Below are positions 63,481 to 63,951 of a stretch of 63,951 nucleotides of DNA, one piece after another. The translations under genes and the position numbers were made by a program. Positions within the stretch are counted from its first letter, which is position 1; the number at the start of each line of letters is the position of its first letter. The stretch is from Phoronis australis (taxonomy: Eukaryota; Animalia; Phoronida): assembly GCA_002633005.1 (NCBI GenBank), contig NMRA01000497.1:19073-83023 (forward strand). Direction: 5' to 3'. Under the pieces are notes generated by a model. The model had not been told where the DNA came from and searched no databases. It was given only the letters and a program-made list of their open reading frames with translations.

Positions 63481-63951
63481 ACAACAATGTACACATGACT
63501 GCAAACGTATGTCTGAAAAAACTAGCAATGCAACGTATTGTTCAATTTTTGACTGTCCAATTCTGATGTTTCTGGGAAATAGCGAATGCAGATCTGCATT
63601 TTTTATATCAATGGCAGTACTTGACAAACAACCAGCAAGTTTCTTGGGTCAGCTAGGTCAAATACTGGCTAACAAACAAATCAAAGGCCAGTTCTGGTTG
63701 ACCTAGGGGTGGGGGGTGTATAGCAGTGGCAGGGTATGCAAAAAGTGAATGATACTCAGCACAGACTTGTCATAGACTAGTTGACCACACCTTGTAACAC
63801 TGTCCCAGTGATAGTGAGCGTAGATATGAACAGCGAGAGGACAGGGCTTGGATACCTCGTGGTGTTATATTAAAACAACCAAACAAGCCAAGATGGATCA
63901 AGCTGAAACAGAACACAGGCCAAGAATTAAAAAGAAACAGCAATAAGAGAA

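Noticed and set aside
63842-63852. Fourth CAGGGCTTGGA MITE end
   Set aside because: Only 11 bp match, no partner TIR or family interior follows within the window

Overview
Eukaryotic (invertebrate animal-type, AT-rich, GT-AG spliced) genomic DNA from a draft assembly with three single-N joins (6054, 40366, 44042). Four protein-coding genes were reconstructed by hand with phase-consistent splice sites. (1) A minus-strand NACHT/WD40 (NWD1/NWD2-family) STAND NTPase, about 13 coding exons and about 2140 aa, 24211->1614. (2) Head-to-head with it, a plus-strand three-repeat (R1R2R3) animal Myb, 16 coding exons and about 652 aa, 26749->43979; two of its exons are duplicated across N joins, most likely haplotype overlap artefacts. 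(3) A single-coding-exon LRR-Ig-FN3 transmembrane protein (LRRN/NLRR-like), minus strand, 49762->47639. (4) The last five exons of a cysteine-containing LRR (F-box/LRR-type) gene entering from the right edge. Introns carry many non-autonomous elements: MITEs, Helentron/HINE-type elements and a SINE head. I found no convincing wholly new biological system. The best leads are a possibly catalytically degenerate DUF4062-like effector domain on the NLR-like protein, a shared NWD/Myb promoter with DREAM-type motifs, and a MITE family with 6-bp target-site duplications. Most short ORFs in the supplied track are spurious.
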